This document shows, piece by piece, positions 21,963 through 33,545 of a stretch of DNA of 64,000 nt (positions within the stretch are counted from its first letter, which is position 1; each line of letters opens with the position of its first letter). The notes beneath the pieces were generated by a model. That model worked only from the letters and a program-made list of their open reading frames with translations, was not told where the DNA came from and did not search any database. The position numbers and the translations under genes are program-made. The stretch lies in assembly GCA_000004985.1 (NCBI GenBank), contig GG738846.1, one strand, 5' to 3'. The stretch comes from Naegleria gruberi. Its lineage: Eukaryota.

Positions 21963-23312
21963 ATGGTTTTAAATTCATCAACGTTAAACAGGATGAGTAG
22001 TACAATCTCGAGGAGGTTGATCGTTTGTGGTGCTGCTACCATCATGATTTTGTGCGTAATTTTGAGTGGTGTTACTTCTGCTACTACAAGTAATAGCAAT
22101 AATAACAAAATTTCGGAATCAACACTGATTACTACAACAGCAACTAGTAGTGACAATGACTCATCATCAACCACCACAACAACAATATTGGGTTATGTTG
22201 GATCATTGATTGCCATTCTCTTCTATGGAAGTAACTATGTAGTCACAAAGAAATATCCAACAGGAGATGGTGTTGCCTTTTCCTGGTTAATGTCTAATGG
22301 TATTTTCTTTGTTGGATTCATATCATTGGCTCTCACAACTGATAACAAGTTGATTTTTGTTCCGACTGGATTGTTGAGTGGAAGTATTTGGGCCACTGGT
22401 AATTTACTTGTCATTCCAATTATTAAATGTGTTGGGCTGGGTTTAGGATTTTTATTGTGGAGTGGTGCTAACTTGATTGGTGGATATTGTGTTGGTAAAT
22501 TGGGATTGTTTGGTGTTGAGAAGGAGGTGATTGATAGTTTGGGAGGTAATATTATGAACATTTTTGGTTTAGTTTGTGGTATTATCAGTTTATTATTATT
22601 CTTCTTTATTAAACCCCCACAGGAAAAGAAGAAGAATGATGATGAAACACCTCAAACTGAAGAAAATACAACTGAAGCTGCCACTGAGGGTACTTCATTG
22701 TTAAATAATGAAAATGAACCTCAACAAAATCTCAATGATGAAAAGTCAATCAATGATGACATTGTCGTTCAAGATGTTAGCAAGTTTAAAGCTTTTATGA
22801 ACAAGTTGAAAAAGATTTCTCAACATCCAGCATTTGTCAGATTATTAGGTATTGGTATGGCCATTACTGCAGGTTGTTTGTATGCTGTCAATTTGACTCC
22901 TTTCAAATTGTGGGTCCAACATGAAATTTACATTCACAACAAATCTCCAGGTCCTATTGATTTTGCCTTCTCTCATTTCAGTGGAATTTATTTATTGAAC
23001 TCGGCTGTATTTTTGATTTACATTTTAATCAAAAAGAATCAACCAGAAATTTATCCAAACATGATTATGAGTAGTATTATTAGTGGCGCCATGTGGGGTA
23101 TTGCTACTATTGGTTTATTGTACAGTTCTTCTTACTTGGGCTTTACTGTTGGTTATCCACTTGTTGCTATTGGACCATCTTTGGTTTCTACTTTCTGGAA
23201 CGTTTGTGTTTTTAGAGAAATTACTGGTGTTAGAAATTTGATCATCTTATCGTGCTCTTTGTTATTTGCTCTTATTGGTGTCATTTTGTTGGCTGTTAGT
23301 AAGATTATTTAA
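21963..23312 (+). CDS. TMEM144-family multi-pass membrane protein (putative sugar-transport-related 10-TM family)
   Basis: The track ORF begins at TTG 21936; the first ATG is 21963. Comparison with human TMEM144 recalled from memory shows collinear conserved blocks. [23 protein letters not shown] matches [47 protein letters not shown] matches [41 protein letters not shown] matches FAHFSGIFL. The C-terminus is ...LLAVSKII. Confidence 0.7.
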   Translation: [449 protein letters not shown]

Positions 23313-23349
23313 ATAATATTTTTGTACAATGTTTATTATAATAATTATT

Positions 23350-24573
23350 TCAATGATCGTTGGATTCTGAGCTATCCGAATCAACCTCAGCTGAGGTTGG
23401 CATGGTTGGCTCAGTAACTTGTGGAAGGAGAACAGTGGTAGTAGTAGTGGTGGTAGCATACAAGCCAGGAAAACCTGGTACTGGAGTTGGATTGAAAATT
23501 GGAGGAGGAATGAGAACATGGTTTTGAGTATCAGCATTTGATTCTTCGTTTGGAAGAGGGATTGGCTGTTGCTGAGCTAGATGAATTTCCTCTTGAACTG
23601 GAGGTCTATTAAGTCTAACATAGGTCACAGCATCAGAATCGGCATGTAATTCTACTTGTTGAGATTTAATAGGAATTTGCTTTTCTACAATTCCCTCTGG
23701 TCTCATATTCATTTCATCTTGTTTTGGTGGATCAATGGTGTTCAATACTCGATTGTCTCGTTCTTGGCGAACATGAACATGATTGGCAATTGGCGTCCGT
23801 TGTTGATGGTGTCTATTGAGTTCAATGAGAGTTTTGGCTTCCATTTCCATTTGCTCAGAGACTATTCTTGCCCTGTCTCTCATTCTCTTAACCATTCCCC
23901 AAAAACATGCTGAAGCCATTACTAGAAGAATTAGCAATCCACAAATGATTAGAATTGGGAAAATGACCGATTCAAAATCTCCATAATCTACATAATCTAA
24001 AACTTCATAATGGAATATTATTCGACTCTCCATTCCAGGAGGTAATTGACTTTCCACAACTATAAAAAAGAGGGGCCTAGGATAGTAAGGTGAATAAGTG
24101 TATATTACACTCGTTTCATATTCTCCTTCATAATTAATGTTTGCAACTAGAGGGAACCTCCTCACATCATCTTCCGAAACTGATGGATCACTGCTCAATA
24201 CCACTCTAAAGTTCTCTTTTGTTAGGTTGGAAGGGAAAGGAATGGTGACTCCAAACCTCAGTTCTCTATCACTTGTTGCAGTTCCATTGATTTGAACAAT
24301 ATACAGTTTCTGCCCTGTCCCTCGCACAATAACAGGGTTTCCATTAATTATGCCTTCAGGTACCAATTTAATATTTCTAGATGATGGTTGTTGTAGATTT
24401 CTAAAATCTAGTGAGAATGAATAAGCATTTTGAGGAAGTATGTACAATAATATTATTATAAAGGTAATGAAAATTAGAAAGTTATTATATCGTGATGTTT
24501 CATCTTTCCGCCTCATCAGATTAATATTGAATGGCGGTGATGATGAGGGAGATGAATTTAATTGAGGCGACAT
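23350..24573 (-). CDS. Type I / signal-anchor single-pass membrane glycoprotein of unknown family, with a long proline-rich cytoplasmic tail
   Basis: 407-aa ORF. It has an N-terminal hydrophobic anchor (FLIFITFIIILLYIL), a luminal domain with NxT sites, a single TM (VIFPILIICGLLILLVMASACFW) followed by a basic stop-transfer (GMVKRMRDRAR), and a tail with PP-rich motifs. Confidence 0.5.
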   Translation of the reverse strand: MSPQLNSSPSSSPPFNINLMRRKDETSRYNNFLIFITFIIILLYILPQNAYSFSLDFRNLQQPSSRNIKLVPEGIINGNPVIVRGTGQKLYIVQINGTATSDRELRFGVTIPFPSNLTKENFRVVLSSDPSVSEDDVRRFPLVANINYEGEYETSVIYTYSPYYPRPLFFIVVESQLPPGMESRIIFHYEVLDYVDYGDFESVIFPILIICGLLILLVMASACFWGMVKRMRDRARIVSEQMEMEAKTLIELNRHHQQRTPIANHVHVRQERDNRVLNTIDPPKQDEMNMRPEGIVEKQIPIKSQQVELHADSDAVTYVRLNRPPVQEEIHLAQQQPIPLPNEESNADTQNHVLIPPPIFNPTPVPGFPGLYATTTTTTTVLLPQVTEPTMPTSAEVDSDSSESNDH

Positions 24574-25095
24574 CCTAATGTGTCTGTTTCTATTTTACTA
24601 CTACCACCACTAATTAGAAATGAAGAATAATGCCAGAGAATTTAATTCTCTCTCTCGCTACCAAATGTCTCGCACAAATCAATTCTCTAAGAAATGTGAG
24701 GGCAGACCTTATTGTTACTTGTCGTCGACGATGTTTTTTTTGAATAGTTTTTTTAACCAACATTACCGTGTTGTTTTTTAAACCTTTCCAAGGCACACTT
24801 TATATTGAGAAGAGCGAACTTGTTCATCTCCATCATTAAATCATCATCTGGAAGTAGCTTTATTGCCAATTGAATGGTTAAGGATTTTGATTCTAATTGA
24901 AATTCCTCTGAAACCTCTTTGGAACCTTAGCCCAACAAAAATGCAAAACTTGCCGAGAAAGATTGAACTCTCCAGAGAGTGGTCTTGGCTTTTCTCATCC
25001 TCAATTTTAGTGAATAACAAACTCAACATTAATTCTGTTTTATCAGCATCATTCAATCAATCAAGAAGAATCCTTGTTGGTATTAAGGAATTGAT

Positions 25096-26079
25096 TTATT
25101 TGTTGGCAAAAATAGGTCTCTTAATGCAGCAATGACGGCGACCTTTCCTATTCATAATAATGATGAAAAAGATTATTATAGAAATGGAAACTGTGAAAAT
25201 GATACCTAACGAAATGGTAGAGGTTACAACGGCAGCAATTATAATACCACTGGTGGTTGACATTGAACCAGAATCAACTGGTGTAGGGGTTGGGTTGTCT
25301 GTAATTTCACGATTGAGATTCAAGTCAATTACTGTAAATCTTGTGAGATGATTGGTTTTACAAGTGATTGTAAATGTTTGTGAAGAGGAGGAAATTAGAG
25401 TTTGAAGACCATCGAATTGCCACGTTTGTTTTTGCTCATTGTAATAGGCACATGAATAATTAGAGTTTGTTTCCACCATAGAGATATTCTCAAACACTAT
25501 TCGAATGGGTGTTTCTAATCCAATTACTGAAATCTGACTTGTATCCAACTTCTCAAATGAAAATGTCAAAATTCCACTCACAAATTTTGAATTTTCCTGG
25601 AATGAACTCTTCATCATAACACTATCATTTCCAAAGAAACCTTTCTTCTCCAAGTACTTTTCCAGATTATTTGGTAAAACAACAGAGCCCTTATTCTTTA
25701 CATTAATTTTCTTTGAATTCAGTTCTGAAACAAGGGACTTACTGAGAGCAATATCAGTGTCATTCTGAATGGAACAATCTGAACCAATCCATCCCATCCC
25801 ACATTGACAAGTATTTGGTTTGATACAAATTCCGTTTGCTGAACAAGAGTTTGGATTTTTGTTTGAATATCCAAAACATGAATAAGTTTTGCACTGTAAA
25901 TCTGAATAACCAGATAGACAAATACATGAGTTTGCTGAGGAACAAATTCCATTTCCATTACAAACATTCGGATTAGATGAATCCAAGCCGTAACATTGGA
26001 AAGTTTCTTGTTGAACAGCTGTTTCAAGCATTGTGATCCACAACAAGAGAAGAGTTGCACCGATCATTGAAAGTTTCAT
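25096..26079 (-). CDS. Secreted/type I membrane protein with tandem EGF-like cysteine-rich modules, a GPS-like motif (C...W...C...HLTRF) and one C-terminal TM
   Basis: It has a signal peptide (MKLSMIGATLLLLWITMLETA). Three EGF/tenascin-like repeats follow (CNGNGICSSANSCICLSGYSDLQC, CSANGICIKPNTCQCGMGWIGSDC). The GPS-like motif ...SCAYYNEQKQTWQFDG...TFTITCKTNHLTRFTVIDL sits about 45 aa before the TM (IIIAAVVTSTISLGIIFTVSISIIIFFIII). A basic tail follows. Confidence 0.6.
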   Translation of the reverse strand: MKLSMIGATLLLLWITMLETAVQQETFQCYGLDSSNPNVCNGNGICSSANSCICLSGYSDLQCKTYSCFGYSNKNPNSCSANGICIKPNTCQCGMGWIGSDCSIQNDTDIALSKSLVSELNSKKINVKNKGSVVLPNNLEKYLEKKGFFGNDSVMMKSSFQENSKFVSGILTFSFEKLDTSQISVIGLETPIRIVFENISMVETNSNYSCAYYNEQKQTWQFDGLQTLISSSSQTFTITCKTNHLTRFTVIDLNLNREITDNPTPTPVDSGSMSTTSGIIIAAVVTSTISLGIIFTVSISIIIFFIIIMNRKGRRHCCIKRPIFANK

Positions 26080-26758
26080 TTTGAATTGTTTTTTTTTAAT
26101 GTAACTTGAATTGGATTGAGATTTTGAGCTAGAGATGAAGAGAAGATAAAGGTTTCTTATAAATGTTCCTTCCTTTTATGGATCTTTTGACACAAAAACA
26201 ATCAAGTGTTCACTGAAAAAGTATTTAGTATGAATTTCTTGTTTACAATTTACTTTTGAATGAGTTATATTGATATTATAAAGTGGATTTATTGGTTTGA
26301 ATAAGGTTAATAGCTTTTTAAGTATGTTCTAAATAGTAATAATTATTATTGAAAGGTGCTTTCTGAGCTTTTAATTGCTTGATAATAAATAATTAAATAA
26401 TTCATTGAACTGTTTTAATTTTCAATCTTACTACATGAAAAGATCCTTTCTTTCATTAAATCATGCAAATATCAAACATAGAAGATTTTTTTGAACCTCC
26501 GTGTAGCTAAATGAGAGAAATCAAAATGCATTTTGCATGATTCACGTGAATGTATGTATTTTAATCATCAGAATTTATTGCATAGAGTTTTGTGATTTAT
26601 AGCTAACAGAACAAGTTATTCAATAACCCAAAATATCAACTTCCAGGAACTTTTCCTTCCATACCCAATAACAATAAAACAAGTAAGAGAAGTAAATAAT
26701 TCATCATCCTGCATTTCATGTGGTGGTATCATCATCACCATAAAAAACAATACAAAAA

Positions 26759-27613
26759 ATGCCACAACTTCACTCTGCTAACTTTCCTGTTACCGAAGAC
26801 GGACGTACTTACCATCTTGACTTGGCAAAAGGTATGATTGCCAATCGTATCATCACCGTTGGTGATATTGCTCGTGCTGAAAAATATGCAGGATTTTTGG
26901 ATAAGGATTCCATTACTCTTCGTCATCAATCTGCTAGAGGATTTTATACAATTACTGGTAAATATAAAGGAAAGGACGTTTCAATTGTTGGTATTGGTAT
27001 GGGTTTTCCAATGATGGATTTCTTGGTTAGAGAAGCATTATATTGTTTTGAAAGTGGATCAACAGTTGCCATGTTGAGACTTGGTACATGTGGTACTCCA
27101 GATATCAGTGTTCAAACTGGTGATTATGTTATTACTGAAGACTCTATTTCCGTTATTCGTAATCCAGATTATTTTACTTTGAAAGAAGAAAACCAAAGTA
27201 CTGAAGGTGTTAAACCATACTTGCTCTCTTTGCCAGTTAAATCTAACAAGGACTTCCAAGATGCTTTGGATAATGCATTCACACAATTAGATCTTCCACA
27301 TCATCGTGGTAGAAATGCAATGGGTGATTCATTCTACAGTTCACAAGGTAGACACGACGATAAATTTGATGATGAAAATGATCATATTGAAGGTAAATTA
27401 CAAGAACTTGGAGTCAAGTCAATTGAAATGGAATCATTCCAATTGTTGGATTTGGCTAGATGTACAAAAACTGTCAAAGTTAAAGCCTGTGCTGCAACAC
27501 TTGTATTGGCTCAACGTGTTACAAATGTATTTATTGATGTAAATTTGAAAAATACTAGAGAAGAAATGATGGGCAGAGCTGGCCTTGAAGCTATTATTAA
27601 TGTCGAATTGTAA
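26759..27613 (+). CDS. PNP/UDP family-1 nucleoside phosphorylase (uridine phosphorylase-like)
   Basis: 284-aa ORF. It has the family motifs ...ITVGDIARAE..., ...VSIVGIGMGFPMMDF..., ...AMLRLGTCG... and ...IEMESFQLLDLA..., collinear with uridine phosphorylases. Confidence 0.7.
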   Translation: MPQLHSANFPVTEDGRTYHLDLAKGMIANRIITVGDIARAEKYAGFLDKDSITLRHQSARGFYTITGKYKGKDVSIVGIGMGFPMMDFLVREALYCFESGSTVAMLRLGTCGTPDISVQTGDYVITEDSISVIRNPDYFTLKEENQSTEGVKPYLLSLPVKSNKDFQDALDNAFTQLDLPHHRGRNAMGDSFYSSQGRHDDKFDDENDHIEGKLQELGVKSIEMESFQLLDLARCTKTVKVKACAATLVLAQRVTNVFIDVNLKNTREEMMGRAGLEAIINVEL

Positions 27614-27776
27614 ATTCTTTTTGTTCCAATGTAAAATAAATGTTAATAACAGAAGGATATTATTTCATTTTGTGTGAAGGTTTTTTAGATATTATTTATC
27701 TTTAATGTTAAATAATAATAATTGATTAACAAATTAATGGCTAGATAATTGAAAAATATATTTATAATTGTACAAT

Positions 27777-28460
27777 TCATCGGAATGCATACTTTTTCTT
27801 CTTATTTTCTTTTTCTCGGTTTCTTCTATAGGCCTCTCGTAAATGTCTTGGTTCTATTGGATCAGAGGGATCATCTCCCCATTCCTTCTGTATCGTCTTG
27901 GATAATTCTACTAATTCGCCAACATAGACCTTGGCAATACCTGCAATTGTAATTTCCACATTCTTATTGGTTGACGGAGTTGATGTTGAATTATTGATTA
28001 ATCTCTTCATTACTGGTTTAAATGTACTTCTAGTGAAATTTTCATATCGATCATATTGTGGATGGTCAGGTCGTGATAATTTACTAATAATTTTCTCCCT
28101 CTTTTCTGCCTCTCTCTTTTCCCTAATTTTACGTTGTTTCTTCTTGATTTTTACACTCGAGGAGTGAGGATTCATATGGTACATGTCGTCATTTTGATCA
28201 ATATCTTGTATTGGTTTTATAATTGCTCCAGCAATTTCGTCATCATCATCGGTATCACTTGCTGTATCACTTCCCGATTCGGGTTCATAATCATTCTCAT
28301 CATCTTCATATTGTCCATTTCCACTATATCCGATATTTGTATAATCATCATCCAATTGATCGTTATTTATAGATGAAGAACCACCTTGATAATACAAAGA
28401 AGAAGAAGATGCAGTTGTTCCCAAATCATGAGCAGAAAACGATGATGGAAGGGAAAACAT
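27777..28460 (-). CDS. TAF11: TFIID subunit TAF11 (histone-fold)
   Basis: The C-terminal histone-fold block ...NVEITIAGIAKVYVGELVELSKTIQKEWGDDPSDPIEPRHLREAYRR... matches the TAF11 signature I(A/S)GISKVFVGEVVEEA...W...PLQPKHLREAVRR. The N-terminus is acidic low-complexity. Confidence 0.7.
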   Translation of the reverse strand: MFSLPSSFSAHDLGTTASSSSLYYQGGSSSINNDQLDDDYTNIGYSGNGQYEDDENDYEPESGSDTASDTDDDDEIAGAIIKPIQDIDQNDDMYHMNPHSSSVKIKKKQRKIREKREAEKREKIISKLSRPDHPQYDRYENFTRSTFKPVMKRLINNSTSTPSTNKNVEITIAGIAKVYVGELVELSKTIQKEWGDDPSDPIEPRHLREAYRRNREKENKKKKYAFR

Positions 28461-28898
28461 TTTGTATTTTTTTTCTATTTTTAATTCATTTTAAAATTTT
28501 TGGATTATTTTGAATAATATAAAATATTTAATAATTTTGAATAACTAATTCAGATGGGTTTGTAATATTGATAATGAAGGTCCAAAGGTTGTGATGCGTG
28601 CAAATTGATAACAAATTGTTTTACCAAGCAAATATATCCATCCCTCCAAAAAAAACTCAAAATAAGGCGCTAAAAAGTTCATGCACATCAATAGCACCCA
28701 AGGTACATCAGAAAAAAATTACCTCAACTCGAGCTTACATCATCAAACAATATCCTTTTAAAACAAAAATTATCGTAATCATATGATATTAACCATTATT
28801 CAATAATCTATCTATTCTTTTCCTCCAATTCAAATAATACAACAAACCTTTTCCCGCCACCTCAATCACACACAACCGTTTTCTGCTTAATTTAAAAA

Positions 28899-29663
28899 AT
28901 GTCTCATCGCCAGCTTACATTGGATTTGGATAGTTTGGTCGAGGAGATTGAGGATTTACTCACCGATAGACCAAGTTCCCAAGGAGCAATACACAAATCA
29001 CCCAACCAAAAAAATAAGGATTTGGCTGCATCATCTCGATCGTCATCAGTGCCAAGGAGTGGATCAGCAAGAAATAAGAATAATGTTTTTGCAAATACTA
29101 CTGCATTTGCTAATCATAACAATAGCACACCTTCTCCGGCCAGTAAGAAGAGTGCAATGTTTAAAAAACAATTCTCTCATAATGATTTGGAACTTGATGA
29201 TTTCATGAATGAGTTGATAGAGGACTCACCCACTTCTCCCATAATCAAGAGGAAAAATTCAATACCCAAAAACGCATCAGTTGGAGCATTTACAACCTCT
29301 TCTCCTGTTAGCAGTCTAACATCACCAAGAGTGAGTAAAAAGTGTTCAACCACCTATCTCTCCAATAGACATGACTCTTTCGGCATTAATACATTTCTTA
29401 CACCAAAGAGATGTAGTGATCTTCGATGCATGAAATGCGACTTTAAGGTTATTAATTTTGATGGAAAAAAGTGGAAGGAAGATGTCAATTATCTCTTTTT
29501 CAGAAACAATTATCCAGAAACTGTAAAGAAAGGTTTTGAGGAAAAAGAATTCCCTGATCACACTTCCTATTGTTGCCAATGTAGTTGGATCACTGTTTCT
29601 GATAGAACAAGCGCTAAAAATCTAACCTCTTTGAACTGGTATTGTGGTGGACATAAGAATTAG
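28899..29663 (+). CDS. C8orf37/CFAP418-family ciliary protein
   Basis: The N-terminus MSHRQLTLDLDSLVEEIEDLL resembles human C8orf37 MAEDLDELLDEVES. The C-terminal cysteine-rich domain ...DLRCMKCDFKVINFDGKKWKEDVNYLFFRNNYPE...YCCQCSWITVSD...LNWYCGGHKN matches the recalled human ...LRCIACDFLVVSYDD..DYLFFRNNMPE...YACQCSWRT...LRWVCGKH. Confidence 0.6.
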   Translation: MSHRQLTLDLDSLVEEIEDLLTDRPSSQGAIHKSPNQKNKDLAASSRSSSVPRSGSARNKNNVFANTTAFANHNNSTPSPASKKSAMFKKQFSHNDLELDDFMNELIEDSPTSPIIKRKNSIPKNASVGAFTTSSPVSSLTSPRVSKKCSTTYLSNRHDSFGINTFLTPKRCSDLRCMKCDFKVINFDGKKWKEDVNYLFFRNNYPETVKKGFEEKEFPDHTSYCCQCSWITVSDRTSAKNLTSLNWYCGGHKN

Positions 29664-30058
29664 GAAGTGAATCTTCAAGAGGAATGATTTATTCCTCAAA
29701 TGGTGTTGCAGCAATAATAGATGGATGTCTTTCTAGGCACTCCTGAAAAAAAAAGAAATCAAATAGAGCTTTTGTTTCAATACACATTTTGTAAACGAGA
29801 ATATGAATATTATTAAATAAATTTATGAATCTTTCACAGGTTTATTTTTAACTGTTTAATATATATACAACAAGCAAATTTGGAAAATTTAATGTCTAAT
29901 TTGGATCATTCAAAACATTGATCGTTATGAACATTTTGTTAACCGTTTCAAAAAACACAGAACAACATCATCTCTCTTGTACCTAATTCCTTCAAGGAGT
30001 AACACCATTCACAGAAGAATCAACTTAGCTAGGCAATCAACATTGTAAGGGAATAGAG

Positions 30059-32489
30059 ATGAACCTTAATCGACCTCGTTCATCCACCCTCAATAGATTT
30101 GCAAATGTTAGATCTTACTCAAGTCTATCAAACTATCAACAATCACAAGAACAACAGCAACAACTCGATAATGAAGTTGCAAACATTAACTTCTCCTCCA
30201 GTTATTCCAACTTTCAACAGCAACACGATCGAGTGAGCAATTTATTTTCATCACACCCGATGAATATTAATGCGCATCGATCTAGTTCTAGTAACGGTCA
30301 TCATCATCAAAATAGTAATAATAATAATAATAATTATTACACCAATAGCAATAATGGAATATCATCACCTCATAATCAAACCCTTCCCATCTCTTCACTC
30401 TCCTCAGCCAATCAATATAATAATTATTCGTCCAACCTTAATAATAATCCAAGACCCATGACTGCATCCTCCTTTGGAAATTATTCTACCAACCACAATC
30501 TGTACAGCAGTAACAACAATAAATAATAATACTAATAACACTCATGGGAGTGCTGTAAATAATGAATCTCGTGATAATGTTCAATATGGACCGAATTTAG
30601 GAAGAAGAAAGAGTATATCCAATATTGGTGGAATAGGAGGCCTTAATATAAGAAGATCACAAACACCTCAACCCTCTTCGACACCCTCAGTGATCTATCA
30701 ACCTGCAACTTTTCAATTGTATCCTCCACAGGTACAACCAACAATGTCCATAACAAACATTCCATCTCATTCAAAGGCAATGGAAATGCTGGTGAAACCA
30801 CTCCCTTTATCCATGGCTACAGTTGTGGAGAATGTTGTGGTTCGTGTGCCAACTGCTAGAAGAAAGAAGGAGAAACCTCCAAAATCATCAGCAAACACTC
30901 CAAAGACTAATGAGAGTGTTTCATCATCGGTTGATCCCCCAATTGTGGGAAATGGCATTCGACAAACCTATCAATCCTCTTCCTTTCCAACCAGTTACAA
31001 TAATACTTCCACTAATTCTTCATCACCACTGCCAACAAACCAAAATTCCACCACTAGACCATCAAGTTCTTCCTATGCAAATAGAAAGACGGTTGACAGA
31101 CCTCTTAAACCCTATTCATCAAGTGGAAATTTACTAATGAATAGACCTAGGTCATCAACACCAACCATGAAAAAGTCAACCTCACTGAATAAGATTCCAC
31201 CAAGAGATCATCTTCATAGGAATTTAACAAAATCACCCTCAACGCCATCTTTGTTTGGAAATTCTTCATCATCAGGAAATTCTAAAAGTTCAAGTAATGG
31301 AAAGAAGAAAACTCCACAGCTAGGAATTGTTGCAAACTCAAACTCTTCATTTCAAAAAGTAGAAAAAGGAATTAACAACAAACAGAAACAGGAAGTCCCA
31401 TCACCCACCAATAAGGTTCCTAAATTACTGAAAAGCATTGCTGATCTCAAAGCTCGGCAGCAGGCAAAGATTGAAATCCTCACTTTGGAAGATTACATGC
31501 TCGATAGTCCTTCAAGAACTCTCAATAAGATCTATGAGGAACTACCACCACCTAAACACAAACTAATGGCCATTCTGATGGATATCAATATACGATATAG
31601 TACTACAGTGACCAGTACAAGTCATCCCAACTATGAATTTTATACCAATGACAGGGAGGTTTATACCACACTCAAAGAAAGGCAGGCCTTCCTTGTGGAG
31701 ACAAGATATGGAAAATCACTGAGTCCAGTAGATGAGTGTGGTATTCAATTTGAAGGTGCCTATTTTGGAAGATATAGTTTCGTGTTTAATATTGATACTA
31801 ATTATTTTGGATATCATTCATGGACACTCATTATGAGAGTTTATTTGGATAGCGAATCAACAACTCTGTGTGTATTTGGAGAAAAGTACTGTTGGTTCAC
31901 TATCGATATTAACAATATCAAGATGAACAATCAGGAATTTCATCGAACAATTGGTGGAATGAAACTCAATGAGTGGAATGAAATTTTCATCTCTCTCAAC
32001 ATGTTACAGCAATTGCCACCTTCTCCATCTTCAGTTGTTGGTAAACCTGCTTCAAACCCATCATCTCCTTCTTCTTCTGGTGCTGCTAGCTCTGCTAATA
32101 TTAACACTACCAATGGTGGAAGACAAATTCTTGTTTGGGCCAATGGCATCAATACAGTTATTCCACTTGACTCTGAGACAAAACTCAAAGTTAAACCAGG
32201 AGAAAACAAATCTCTCAATTTTATTAATATGCTGAATGGAAGAGCATTCAGAGGTTCATTGTCTAGTATAATACTATTGAATAAGGCCAGTGAATCGATG
32301 GAAGATTTGATAAGGAGTGGCAAATCCTTTTTGAAAAATCATCAAAAGCCAACTGAAAAGCCAAATCTTATCAAGATGACTCAATCGCCTCAAAACTCAC
32401 CCCAGAACCAGAAACATTTTCACAATGCTAATTTCCAACAAGAAATTCCTCCGAATGAGGGTGAAGAAGATGCACTGGTCTTTGCTTAA
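30059..32489 (+). CDS. Low-complexity (N/S/T/Q-rich) protein with a globular C-terminal domain of unknown family. The reading frame is shifted near 30470-30526.
   Basis: The track gives two overlapping ORFs (30059-30526 and 30474-32489) in different frames. The join lies in an AAT/ACA-rich low-complexity run, so it is an indel or a cryptic intron. C-terminal domain: ...DREVYTTLKERQAFLVETRYGKSL...YCWFTIDINNIKMNNQEFHRTIGGMKLNEWNEIFISLN... Confidence 0.4.
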
Positions 32490-32685
32490 CTAATTCAAAA
32501 CGGTTAATTATTAATACACCAGATGCTCATTTAATGTACTACAGGAGAATAAGGCATTTTTTACCATTTGAATGTGAAGAATCCATCAGTTAGGTCATAA
32601 CCTCTCGGCAAAAGGGAATGCAATGAAAGCTCAATGATTCGAAATTGTTGCTGTGATATTCACTCCGAATCTCCACACAAACAAA

Positions 32686-33545
32686 ATGTTAACAACCACC
32701 ACAACCATCGCAACCACTACACAACAACAAGAAGGCGAGAAAACCTACATTATCAAACCTCTCACTGAGGAATACGTTCAACAGGCTGCTGTTTTGGCTG
32801 CAACCTGTATTGCCAATGATGAACCATTGTGCTCAACATCGGGATTAACACCACCAGAAATGTTCTACTTTTGTGAATATTATGCAAGGATTGCAGCTAG
32901 AGATAATTTGGGAGTGGTTGCAGTTGATAAGAAATCCAAGTAAGTTTTTCATTGTTTTCATCTCTCCTTGAGTGTTGCTTTTTAAATTGAATTTCACCTT
33001 AATGATGATGAATGTGATTGTTTTTATATAGTATGGTAATTGCTGCAATTATTTGTGAGGATTATGTGAAGGGTACTCTTGAGGGTTGTCCAGAAATTAT
33101 AGAACACTACTTTGGAGAGGGAAAGGGAGGATTCCAAAATGTTCTCAATTTATTAGACATTCTCCATGAAGATTATTGGAAGGGAAGAGATGAGGAAAAG
33201 AAAGCCCTCTTCCAACCAGAGAATATAGGACAAATTCTTCACATTTACATTGGTATTGCTTATCCATTTGCTAGAAGAGGAGGAGTTTCTTCTGAATTGA
33301 CTAAATATTTATTGAGAAATGTGAGAGAAAGAGGGTACAAGATGGCATTCACTGAAAGTACATCTGCCTTCTCTCAGGGATTGAGAAGAAAGTTTGGATT
33401 TGAAACTAAAACAAGTGTTACCTATTCTGATCCTACAATTCAAGAACGATTCCCATTCACAAAATCAGTTCCAGAACCTCACAAGACCTGTAACTTTATG
33501 TGGAATACAGATTTAAATAATACTGCCATGTTAAATAATGAATAA
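32686..33545 (+). CDS. GNAT-family N-acetyltransferase, two exons
   Basis: Exon 1 is 32686-32939, intron 32940-33031 (GTAAGT...TATAG), exon 2 33032-33545; the phase-2 junction is in frame. The acetyl-CoA-binding region is ...IGIAYPFARRGGVSSELTKYLLRNVRERGYKMAFTESTS... Confidence 0.6.

Noticed and set aside
26535-26556. 12-bp palindrome ATTCACGTGAAT (E-box core CACGTG) in the divergent promoter between the EGF/GPS gene and the PNP gene
   Set aside because: A single short palindrome in AT-rich DNA. It is a plausible transcription-factor site but not distinguishable from chance here.
30474-30526. Possible programmed frameshift in the N/S-rich gene
   Set aside because: The frame change lies in a simple-sequence AAT/ACA-rich tract where indel errors or a cryptic short intron are far more likely. 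There is no slippery heptamer or pseudoknot context.
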